A stretch of DNA of 63,287 nucleotides, counting the filler, from Collodictyon triciliatum (Eukaryota), in assembly GCA_043381765.1 (NCBI GenBank). It is 6 parts of 6 records of this genome, joined end to end, with 100 filler letters (N's around TTAATTAATTAA, not from the genome) between each part and the next. Parts side by side here need not be neighbours in the genome. Positions count along the whole stretch, not along the records: positions 48,790 to 60,873 come from JBHJMP010002243.1; positions 60,974 to 63,287 come from JBHJMP010002369.1; 4 more parts are not named here. One strand, written 5' to 3'. The notes beneath the pieces are model-generated. The model was not told the origin of the DNA, ran no database searches, and saw only the letters and a program-made list of their open reading frames with translations. The translations under genes were made by a program, and so were the position numbers. The stretch's first letter is position 1, and every line of letters starts with the position of its first letter. Shown one piece after another: positions 52,101-63,287 of the stretch.

Positions 52101-52654
52101 TTTGCAAAACTTATGCAGTGGTGGTGACAGGGACAGCACTTACCTCGGCTCCATGCTTTTTCAAAGAAACTGTTCTGGCTGTCGGTGAGAAGTTTCATTA
52201 TCTCCTATTGATATGCTTACGAACGCCATTTGAAAATGTCGACAGCAGAGGAAACTGAAAGGGAAAGTGATAAGACCGAGTTATTTCCTAATATCGAATT
52301 CAAAATCCCTCATTTGCCCGCCACAGAATCGTATCAACGAAGGCAAAGTCTAAGGTTGCTGGCATCGAGTTTCTGGGTTACGGGGCACACACCAACCATT
52401 ATCCAACTGCTTATTTGACCGTGGCCTGCGCAATGGGCTCCCAAAAGGCAGAAATAGACACGTTTATGTCTCGCTTGTCGAAATGCCTGGCCGAATACTC
52501 CAAAAAGATGGCGAAGACCAAGTTGAACGCAGGGCAGGAAAACTCTGGCGCGAACAGCGAAAAAGAAAGTGAGGAGGGACTTGCGGAGCTCCGAAACCAA
52601 AGAGCAGAAAACAGCAATCCTGAAGATGCACCGCCCGGTTCGGCGAAGGATTGA
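49190..52654 (+). CDS. SEPSECS: O-phosphoseryl-tRNA(Sec) selenium transferase, multi-exon
   Basis: [95 protein letters not shown]. Confidence 0.97.
50949..51001 (-). mobile_element. 19-bp retro-insertion with perfect 17-bp TSD in a SEPSECS intron
   Basis: aatataaaaaatacctt at 50949-50965 and 50985-51001 flanks T-run + ctcctttattcg. Confidence 0.8.
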
Positions 52655-53175
52655 TTGATTCGTGAAAAATATAACAAGTAATTGAATGAAGGATGGAATT
52701 CAAACATTATGCTTCAGTAATTGTATTTATCAACACAAAGGGCTGAAATGATGAAGGGAGCGCAGATGAAATGCTCTGTCTTCTCTGTTATCTGTTCGTT
52801 TATTAATTAACTAGCAGCTGTGCAAACATTATGATACAATCGAAGGGAATATGGGCCGTTTTACCCTCTCTTTTCGCACTGCATGAAGAGACGACCTTTG
52901 TATCACTTAACGGGGATGAGGAATGCGATTGAAGGGAGCAACCATAGTAAATGGAAACCCAAATGCCAAGAGCAGTTCAAGAAAGTATTAGAAAGGATAT
53001 GAAGGAAAAACAAAAAGAAGGCATTCAGAGCCGGTCTCCCATTCCTCTTTTTTGCTGTCTATGCTGGCCAGCATGTTTGAGCAGATGAACGTTTCTTAGG
53101 TACAGATGTGATTGGATACTACCGAAAAGAAAAAGAAAAGATAGTCATATGTGACAACGGAGATATGGACTCTAG

Positions 53176-56100
53176 CTAAGTGTGAGATGGTGGACTCATG
53201 GAAGCCTTGATTTTGCGAAGTTCATGATGGCAGCCGATGTCTTTGAACAGGTCGTTTGCCTGCCGCAGATGGAACTCCTGTTGGCTTTTGTCTTTGATTT
53301 CGATTTGTGTTTGGATGCACCATGAAGAGAAGAAAAAGACAGGGAGAAGGGGATTAGTAGGAGCATCGATAGGATGCAGATGAAGTCTGGTCAATGCGTG
53401 CCAACATAAATAATGCACGTACCTGGCGTGTAAATCTGGTATATTCGGGACAGTGCCAAGTGGGCCCGTGCAAGTTCGTAGGGCATCGAAAGCGTCCCGG
53501 CATACCGCACAGCCTGGCGCAGTAGGTTGAGTGCTTTCAAGTGAGAATCTGACAGCATTTGTTCTAGTCCCGCATACAGCAAGTAGATGGTGTAAGCAAA
53601 AGGATTGTAGCCAGAAAAGCGTTCTGTAATGATGACCCATCTCCGTAATTGCGTACGAGCGAGTCTGATGGCTGATTCCTCGAGACCATTTTCCTCCTTT
53701 ATTATGTGAATGAAGAATTAGATGACAGAAAATACGTTGGCTACGTTTATCTCTCCCTTTTCTTTTCCGCACCACAAAGTAAGCATTAGAAATTGTGGAT
53801 GTTAAATGGTCACGATGGCGAACGAGCGAGTAAAGTAAGCATATAAATCAATATGGTGGTGGCTTTCATGATTCGTATAACTGGAACACACCAGAGAGTA
53901 TAGTAAACATTGGTATGCCGCTTCACAGGATGCCATAAATATCGGAAAGTATATGGCAGTCAGATCACCCCTGTCATTCGGTCGTAGTGAGTACATGTGC
54001 AGACAAACTGATATCAACATCATTAAAAATAATAGAAATAATAAGTGACCAACATCAGCTACATTTCATTATGCATACTTTTCAATATCGGGCGTCATTT
54101 CAGAGAGTTGTAGTTGCAGGGCATATGACCTCCCGGAGTTGAAGCACCGAGCCATGGTCAGTATTGTCCCACAATTGAATTTTTCGAGGTATAGATCCAC
54201 ATCCAGTATGCTAGAAAAGCAAGAGATTAGGTTTGCAGTCAAAAGTATAATAGTAAAAAGAAGACATTAAAAATCGAACAAACTTATGTGTTTCTTCAAG
54301 CCAAGAGACTGCATCTGGAATGCGGCCGGTCCGTACAAGTACAAGCCCAACACCAATACGTGCCCAGACAACACTGACAATATCTGATCGAGCCATGCTT
54401 GTATTCATAGCCTCCTCAAAGCGTGAATAGCTCCCATGGTAATCGCCTTTAAGGAACTCGCACAACCCCATGACATATTGACAATAATCACTGAACTGTT
54501 TGTCTCCGGCCTCTTGAGAGTACTTTAGAGCCTGCAATCATTTTTTTTTGTCACAAAAGAAAATCCACATGAGACAGAAGAAAGATACACTACATATTAT
54601 AACAAAAAATATAACAAAATAAATCAACCTCTGCTTCAGCCTCCATAAAAGACTCCCAGTAGCCCTGATGATTATTTTAAAAAAATGAAAAGAAAAAAAA
54701 AGAATAAGGAAAGAGCCGTGTACTATACTAGACTTCGGCGAAAGTATTTATATTCAAAACGAATTAGAAATGAATTGTAAAACGATGCGAACCTGGCGAA
54801 ATGAATGGCATGCGTGCAAATGACAAACCCAACCTTGAGCATAAGGGTCAGAAGAGTGCTTAATCATCTCAAGAGCCTTTCGTAAGTAGAGGATGATATA
54901 TGAGCATGAATGACATATTTAAATAGCTATCGAAGCGATTCAGAATATCACAGTGCAGGACAGAATTCAACAGTCGATAAAAAAATGCTTTTTTGAAGCA
55001 AACCTTATCGAGATAAGACTGTGACACCATCTGGCCTAGCGAATGACTCAGGTTTTCTAGTAATCTAAAACAAAGTATAATGTATGATTTTCGCATGTTT
55101 ATGAGTTTATGAAAACGACTCAGTTGCAGCATTATTGATGCTGTTTTTCGATTGGTTTTTTTTTTTTACATGGAAAAGTAACCAGGCCATACTTTCCGTA
55201 AGAGATGCCTGCCATCGCATAAATCATGGGCAATTCTTCGGCGTCAGGAAGTGCGGACATAATTCGAAGCGCACGGGCTGTGTTTGAAGCAAATAGAGGA
55301 ATATTTCTTTGATAGAAAGCTATCAAGGACATATGAGTATGGAGCCGGGCCGAGTGTTGGTACTGCATGACCAAACGAATCAGTTCAAAATCCCCACATT
55401 ACATATCTCTTACCTTGTTTATATATCGAATATAATGTTGTGGAAGGAAAAAAAACTCAGAGGAGAACGTATGAGCAGAAAAGCATAGATCAGATAGTTA
55501 TGAGTTTGACAATACCCTTCGCTTTGATTGTGCATCGGCGAGCCACCAACCAGTTCCAACCAAACTCTCGATTTTTCGACTGGCCTCTTCGATAAATGTG
55601 CTTATCAAGCAAGGAATAAACTCACTTCTTGGAAAGCGAGAGTTTCTATTTCGAAGGTAAGTTATTGGTTGCCACCACAAATTACACTTTCCTTCAATTG
55701 ATACCAATCATTTTTTGTTTTGTTTTGCTTAAACCATATATTGGATTCGAATTATTCTTTGATTAAAAGCTTACCCTTTATCTGATAGTACTTGCATGAA
55801 TATTTCATAGCCCCGACTCCACTCTCCCATTTCCATGTAAGCCACACCTAGAAGTTCATACCAGGAAGCAATTTTATCCTCCTTCTCTGGTGTCTCGGCT
55901 TTGTCCTTTTCTGCGGAGGCTATTGCAAGTTGTATGAAATGTATTGCTTCAGGAAGCGCGGATATCGACATCGCCTGTAGTTCAGCCAACGAAACAAGAT
56001 GGACATAAATATATTGTTACCAAGTCATGTAATGATATCATTCGAATATATTGGGGAAAACACGACCATTGTTCCAGTATTCAAAACAAGTAAAATAAAT

Positions 56101-59100
56101 TCAATCTGGGTATAAAAATGCAAATTCATATGAAGATGACGAGCAAGTAATTTTCAAAGTAGAAGTTCACATCATCTGCTGCCTGTGAGAAATAATTCAT
56201 CGCCTTGTCATATCGCCTGAAAATGGAATTATTATCGATTTTTTCTGATTAAAAAACGTCCTATGGAGAAATTACTCAAAGAATTCATTATGTGAGTGCA
56301 AAACCAGCTTTCATATCAACTAGTACACACTTTGCATGAAGCCAATGATACCCCAGACAAGGACGAAAAAATGCCAAGGAGTCTGAGTGGTAGCTCTCAA
56401 GCCTATGATAATATCGGNNNNNNNNNNNNNNNNNNNNNNNNNNNNNNNNNNNNNNNNNNNNNNNNNNNNNNNNNNNNNNNNNNNNNNNNNNNNNNNNNNN
56501 NNNNNNNNNNNNNNNNNNNNNNNNNNNNNNNNNNNNNNNNNNNNNNNNNNNNNNNNNNNNNNNNNNNNNNNNNNNNNNNNNNNNNNNNNNNNNNNNNNNN
56601 NNNNNNNNNNNNNNNNNNNNNNNNNNNNNNNNNNNNNNNNNNNNNNNNNNNNNNNNNNNNNNNNNNNNNNNNNNNNNNNNNNNNNNNNNNNNNNNNNNNN
56701 NNNNNNNNNNNNNNNNNNNNNNNNNNNNNNNNNNNNNNNNNNNNNNNNNNNNNNNNNNNNNNNNNNNNNNNNNNNNNNNNNNNNNNNNNNNNNNNNNNNN
56801 NNNNNNNNNNNNNNNNNNNNNNNNNNNNNNNNNNNNNNNNNNNNNNNNNNNNNNNNNNNNNNNNNNNNNNNNNNNNNNNNNNNNNNNNNNNNNNNNNNNN
56901 NNNNNNNNNNNNNNNNNNNNNNNNNNNNNNNNNNNNNNNNNNNNNNNNNNNNNNNNNNNNNNNNNNNNNNNNNNNNNNNNNNNNNNNNNNNNNNNNNNNN
57001 NNNNNNNNNNNNNNNNNNNNNNNNNNNNNNNNNNNNNNNNNNNNNNNNNNNNNNNNCATGAGGAACATCAAGCGACTGCTTATCATTCTGTGTGAATCAA
57101 ACAACAAAATGTCGAATCGAATTCTATTTTTACATGCACAGATATAAAAATTAGGAAAAAAAAAAAAAAAACGGGCAGCATCCTTTCCAGATTATGAAGA
57201 GGGACAAACTACCGGTGCTGATTTCTTTTTTTCGACAAATGTTTGAGATGCAACATCAAGCAAAGCCAGGTAATGAAAATCGCGCCCAATAACGGAGGCA
57301 CATCTGAAAAAGCAAGGTAAGTCTCAAGCGCTCAGGTATTGCTGCTTAATGTGTGCAAAATAATCAACAGGACATATATTGCTTAATCAGATTTTTCTCT
57401 CAAATATTCTGAATTTTTGATAGACCTTAAAACATGTCGTTTGTGACTATCGAGCCTTTCTAACCGTTTGATGACAATCTAGTGATAATAAAGAAGAGAT
57501 ACATTGTTAAGATGCGGTACGCAGTAAAATATTTTCTTATCGCGGATACTGGTATGATATTTGACTGCAACATGTCTGAAATATAAGTATTGTGAATGAA
57601 TTATACCTCTGGAAGTTCTGATGAAAATACAGCAAATTTGGAGATAATTTCTGTCATAGAGAACAAGGGAGCTTTGTGTTCTGATGTTTTAATCAGGTTA
57701 TTTTCCTAGAGAAACACCGACACGATACGGAATGATTTTGTTTTAGAAAAAGGATTCCTGGGAAAATCTTTGCTTTACCAATTTATTTTGATAATTACTC
57801 ATTACAAAAGGAATCCCGCACATTACCAGATATTCTTAAAAAAATGAAAAGCATATAGCTTGACCGCAGATAACAACCTTAGAGTATTGGAGAAGCTCTT
57901 CTGCATAAAGAGGATGTCCTTTTGACTTTTCAAAAAAGATAGTAGCGACATCGTTAGGAAGTAGATTTTGTGGAAGCTGCAGTTTAATGCAGAGCAGGTC
58001 TTTTAGTTCTCTTTGGCTCAATGGTGCAATTTTGAGAATCTATGAAGTGAGATATGGTTTAAATTGGTCGTAAATGATTAAACGGAAAACTTTTCATAAA
58101 AGAACGGGATTTTGGGCGGAAAGATATATTATCCAATTTTATATTTTTGGGATAGTTGATGGAAAGAAAACGCTATATTCACTTGACAAAATCCGGTGGC
58201 GATGATTTCGTCATAGTAGTGCACAGGAACAGGGCAACCAAATAATGTTGAGGAAATAATCTACACAATACCATACAAAAAAAAATTGGGTTCCAAAATT
58301 GTTCCAAATGGTACCCAAATACATTTTCATCGTAGTACAAACTCGAAGTTGAGAGAAAAAGAATCGAAAGCGATTCAGGCAAAAACGCATTCATATAAAA
58401 GAATACTATCAAGACAGGCTGAAGAAGCTTTGAGGCGTGAAGGAATAACTTCCATGACATCGAATCCATCCATTGTTCATCTTCAATGACAAAAATTTTG
58501 GGACCGAGGCTAAATAATCGAGGATGCCAGAGGAAGTGAATCGCGAGAAAGGTTTCAGCGTTTGGTCGTGGATGATGGATTTCTTTGTTTTCTTGATAAT
58601 TTTTCACCGGATAATTGCTTTATCGGATTTAAATTACCTGCATGCGTGTTGCAAGAGCCGAAGACAAAAGTCGATCGTGTGATTTGCTCTCACTTTTCCT
58701 CTAAGATTCTAGTTATTGATGAAATGTTACACTTTGAGAAACAACTGGCTTGCATTGAAGGATTACTCTTGTTTCAGAAAAACAATCGGCAAATGTGACG
58801 AATGCGACAAACCCTCGTGAAATTATTTTCTGGTATTCCCAAAGGAAGTATTGCGTTGATTAGAGGGCCATATTCTCCCAACTGCGGGAAAACTTCAAAC
58901 TAGATTGACCAGCCATGTTAAGAACATAAAATAAAAGCAAAGAAAGAGGAGAAAGGCTTGAAGAAGACTTGAAAAAAAATCCGGTGACACTTTAAATTTT
59001 CCTCATGAAAACCTGTTCCGTTATGATTTTTCTGGATTCAACAGCCGATGCATCGACCGGGATGTTGAAGAACTGCTTGAAAATCTCTCTCCATACAAAA

Positions 59101-60131
59101 AAACTACAAAATAAATGTTTCGAATATAAATCTCTGCTACTGTAACGTAATATTTTTTTTTTGTGTATTCTCTTCTTTTCTTTTTTTTTTAAAAAAAAAG
59201 AAAGACAAATGCAAAAGTAAAGATAGAAGGGTACGGTGTATGAGATTCCTCTTCTGCACATGAGCTGTAATATATCGTCAGCCCGGATATAGCGGGCAAT
59301 TTCAACAATCGGTGTATCAAATGAGTTTTCCCAATACCTAGACCAATATCAATAAGATGAATCCATCATTTCAATACCAAAGTACCGAACAATCATGTTT
59401 CAATAGTTGATATTCCAATATATGTTGACTCAATAAGCTCTTTTTTTTTTAAAAAAAAAAATAAACAGTAACTATGAAATGACTCCTCTGCAATATAAAT
59501 CTTTTACGAAAAGGGATGATTCAATACAAAGGGGAGGTTGTTTTTTTCCTCCATCCCCAACGCTATGCACAATAATTACAATAAGGAGCAAACCCGAGGG
59601 GCCTTCCAATATGGTTGTGCCTGGGTGGCCGCCTCTTAAAAGTTCAGAAACTCTATCGCTGATCAAGGATAGTTCCTGAACGCGACCAACAAAGTCGAAT
59701 TCTTTTGTGTGCATCGGTGCGAAAATTGTCTTTGGGGTTCCTGGCACAACAACTCTGCCGTGTCTTGCATTTGGAATGGAGGATATGCCTGGAGTGGACG
59801 TTTCCGTCGGTGTTGAGGATGAAAGCGGAGCGACGAGGTCAGCGCGGTCACCTGAAGCCCCGTTCTCATCTGAATAGTGGGGCAAAAAGCATGATGAGAA
59901 TATGAAAATAGAAATGCATGAGGGACACGAGGTTGTTAAAAACACAAGAGTGTTGATAAAGATGATACAGTGGATAAAAATGATAGTGATAAAATTGATT
60001 AAAAAATGATACAGTGGAAGATATGGGAAACCTAAAGTAGCTGCAGATCGCAAGGGTTCCATAGTTCGTAGGCTCCTCCCATCGTCTTCATCTTGCAGAG
60101 ATACCCGTAGACCCCGGGATTTCCCAGACAT
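53176..60131 (-). CDS. ADCY10/sAC-type STAND (AAA_16) NTPase with TPR C-terminus, multi-exon
   Basis: FVGRVQEL, Walker A EGPSG|IGKT, Walker B IFVIEDEQWMDSMSW, KSKGHPLYAEELL, RLERLD...LRCASVIGRDF, and TPR-like helices ending MPYELARAHLAL. Confidence 0.85.
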
Positions 60132-60245
60132 GGTCCGATTTCAAACAAGTAAAAGGGCCACCGCCGAATCTTGGAAAAATGGAGAAAAGTCCAGCAGAAC
60201 ATACATAATAAACGAATGTAAGAATGAACGAATGAAAAAAAAGGA

Positions 60246-60873
60246 AAGAATAAAAGAATAAAAGAATAAAAGAATAAAAGAATAAAAGAATAAAAGCATA
60301 AAAGAATAAAAGAATAAAGGTATAAAAGCATAAAAGAATAAAAGAATAAAGGTATAAAAGCATAAAAGCATAAAAGAATAAAAGAATAACAGAATAAAAG
60401 AATAAAAGAATAACAGAATAACAGAATAAAAGAATAAAAGAATAACAGAATAAAAGAATAAAAGAATAAAAGAATAAAAGAATAACAGAATAACAGAATA
60501 AAAGAATAAAAGAATAACAGAATAACAGAATAAAAGAATAAAAGAATAAAAGAATAAAAGAATAAAAGAATAAAAGCATAAAAGAATAAAAGAATAAAAG
60601 AATAAAAGAATAAAAGAATAAAGGAATAAAAGAATAAAAGAATAAAAGAATAAAAGAATAACAGAATAAAAGAATAAAAGAATAAAAGAATAAAAGAATA
60701 AAAGAATAAAAGAATAACAGAATAACAGAATAACAGAATAACAGAATAAAAGAATAAAAGAATAAAAGAATAACAGAATAACAGAATAACAGAATAACAG
60801 AATAACAGAATAAAAGAATAAAAGAATAAAAGAATAAAAGAATAACAGAATAACAGAATAACAGAATAAAAGA
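60246..60873. repeat. 8-bp minisatellite (AAAGAATA / ACAGAATA)n
   Basis: About 630 bp of tandem units running to the contig end. Confidence 0.95.
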
Positions 60874-61112
60874 NNNNNNNNNNNNNNNNNNNNNNNNNNN
60901 NNNNNNNNNNNNNNNNNTTAATTAATTAANNNNNNNNNNNNNNNNNNNNNNNNNNNNNNNNNNNNNNNNNNNNAATTGAGCGATACAGAGCGTAGTTGTG
61001 AAATGTATTAAAAATAAATAAATAATAGAACAAAAACCATTAAGAAAGAGAAGATATTCAGATGTTTGACAAGATGAAAGAAAAGAACCTCCCAAAAATA
61101 AAAAAATAAAAA

Positions 61113-61206
<94 letters not shown>

Positions 61207-61885
61207 AAAAAATAAAAAAATAAAAATTGTATTAATTGAACCGTGAAACACAATAAGGTTTCCAGTTTAAATCTACAGGCATCAAAGACCATTTGAAAGG
61301 AAACATAAATAACAGGGGAGTGATGCACGCGCAAACTTTTCTGAAACGACTGCTATTAAGAATATTCAGTTTAATAAGGCAAGTGAGTTGGGAATTCGTT
61401 CTCCACCCCATATGCACCTGCTCCAAATCTTTTTTGGGTTATATTTTGTAGCAACGTCAGAACAAGCAAAAGTATACTAAACTTAACTACACTAAACTAA
61501 AACAAACTCTAAACAAACTAAACTAAAACTGAAATAAAGTAATAAAAGTGCCTAAGCACTAAAATATAAGAATCGACGAACCCTGATGCGGTAGAACGGA
61601 ATCCTTTTGATCAAGAGCATATTCGCTTGCAGACAAAGCACGCATCGAAAGACTCAGTTGCTCTCTCACTTTCTCTTCGGGTGGTGGAAAGATAACAAGG
61701 CGCAGCAAAGGGAATTGATTCTAGAGCTCAGCAAAAACAGTAAAAGGCAAACGCCTGGTGGAAAGCGGTGTAGAAACTGTGGTTCGTCCGCGTCGGGCGC
61801 ATTGAAGAGATGAACAGAGGGCTGAGGGTATGTGTGGATGAAACAAACATTCCAAATATAGTTTTATAAATTAAGTTGTGACAAT

Positions 61886-61952
61886 GACCCTCTTTGCATA
61901 GTGTTAGTACTTCCGTTGGTGGGCGTGGGCGTTGGGGTTTCCGAAGACGGCA
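61886..61952 (+). pseudogene. Degenerate mirror copy of tRNA-His
   Basis: gcatagtgttagtacttccgttggtgggcgtg...ttccgaagacggca aligns to the tRNA-His at 63209-63280 with indels. Confidence 0.65.
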
Positions 61953-63208
61953 CTCTTATTTTGATTATAGATTCTCTGAGCTCATTTGACAGGTTTGGAT
62001 GGCCTCGGTGAGCGTGGGTGTGGGTTGCCCTGCGGCTACTCCGCACCACCTGAGACGCATTTTTGATCCACCGTCGGATCGATTGTCCGCAGCAGTGTGA
62101 GCCAGGGACAAGCCAAGAGACAAGAAATCACAAAAAAACACACACATAAAACACACACATAAAACAACCACATAAAAACACACACATTAACAACACACAC
62201 AAAAAACACAAATAAAAACCAAAAAAACACAAATAAAAACACAAATAAACACAAAATAAAAACACAATAACGAAAATATGAAAGTACAAAAAAAAAAAAC
62301 CCCCAAAAACCAAAAAACCAAAAAAACCAAAAACCAAAAAAAAAAAAAAGAAAAAAGAAAGGGAAACAAGAAAAAGTTGCTGAAGTGAAGCGCGTGAATG
62401 ATATCTCGTGTTGAAGCCGGAGTCTCACAGCCTGCACAAAATGAAAGGAGGTGGAGTGAGAGAGAAGAGAGAGAGTGTGGTGGTTGAAGAAAACGCAACT
62501 AGCCAGAGAGTACGAAGGTACTTTCAATCCCACTCCGTGACCATTCCAGTCCTCTTCTTCTCGCGTGTGGGCGTTGTTGTTGATTTGCGAGGAGAAGAGG
62601 GGTGGAATGGTGACGGAGTGGGATTGAAAGTACCTTCGTACTCTGTGGCTAGTTGCGTTTTCTTCAACCACCGGACTGTGTGTCTTTTGTCTGTGTCCAC
62701 CTTCTGTCATTTTTTGCAGGATGTGGACGTGTGGCTTCAACACGAGATATCATCCACCCGCTTCACTTCAGCAACTTTTTCTTGTTTCCCTTTCTTTTTT
62801 GTTTTTTTTTTTTTTGGTTTTTGGTTTTTTTTGTTTTTTGGTTTTTTGGTTTTTTTTTTTTGTGCTTTCATATTTTCTGTATTTTGTTTTTATTTGGTTT
62901 TTATTTGTGATTTCATTTGTGTTATTTTGGTTTTTGTTTGTGTGTGTTGTGTGTGGTGTTTATGTGTGTGGGTGTATGTGGTTGTTTTATGTGTGTGTTT
63001 TTATGTGTGTGTTTTTTTTGTGCATTTCTTTGTCTATTGGGCTTGTCCCTCGGTCAGAGCTTCTGCTGCGGACAATCGATCCGGAGCGGTGGATGAAAAA
63101 TGCGTCTCAGGTTGGTGCGGAGTAAGCCGCAGGGCAAGCAAACTTCAGCGAGGCCATGCAAACCTGTCAAAAATGGAGCATTCAAGAGAATCTTATCAAA
63201 AATAAGAG

Positions 63209-63280
63209 TGCCGTCTCTCGGAATCGAACCGAGGTTATCACGGCCACAACGTGAAGTACTAACCACTATACTAAGACGGC
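63209..63280 (-). tRNA. tRNA-His (GTG)
   Basis: Minus strand GCCGTCT TA GTAT AGTGGTTA GTAC T TCACG TT GTG GC CGTGA TAAC CTCGG TTCGATT CCGAG AGACGGC A forms a full cloverleaf, followed by a T5 Pol III terminator. Confidence 0.96.
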
Positions 63281-63287
63281 TCATGTG

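Larger units (their letters stand above)
61885..63287. repeat. Long imperfect inverted repeat (arms about 61885-62564 and 62587-63287, 22-nt spacer)
   Basis: For example gtacgaaggtactttcaatcccactccgt on the left is the reverse complement of acggagtgggattgaaagtaccttcgtac on the right; complementarity continues outward through the CA/GT tracts. Confidence 0.93.

Noticed and set aside
49190-52654. Non-canonical or U12-type introns
   Set aside because: All junctions I traced in SEPSECS, MRPL47, the HAD gene, the sulfotransferases and the LRR gene are GT-AG, with only weak donor consensus.
62036-63205. Two similar opposing ORFs (235 aa and 265 aa)
   Set aside because: By-products of the palindrome and low-complexity tracts; no protein-like features.

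Overview
Eukaryotic, AT-rich, intron-dense genomic DNA, probably from a protist (canonical GT-AG introns, many filled with microsatellites). The window is not one locus. It is six contigs (five of about 12.1 kb, the last cut by the window end) joined by N-TTAATTAATTAA-N linkers at 12150, 24351, 36547, 48734 and 60918. Recognisable genes: a 4-exon LRR-pseudokinase-SAM-FG-repeat fusion, an LCAT/LPLA2-like acyltransferase, a stand-alone HAD phosphatase, two HS2ST/UST-like sulfotransferase paralogues, the first exon of a YghU-like GST, a 7TM-TKL kinase fusion, FAN1, TMF1, MRPL47, SEPSECS, an ADCY10-like STAND NTPase-TPR gene and tRNA-His(GTG). Most unusual: (1) the LRR-pseudokinase-SAM protein ends in a nucleoporin-like FG array with a Nup153/Nup1-type tail, and most of its lost catalytic residues differ from consensus by a single A where G is expected; (2) a probable endogenous Polinton-like-virus capsid remnant; (3) a family of very short poly(A)-tailed retro-insertions with 15-18 bp target-site duplications; (4) a 1.4 kb imperfect palindrome mirroring the tRNA-His gene. 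All protein-family calls come from motif recognition, not database searches.
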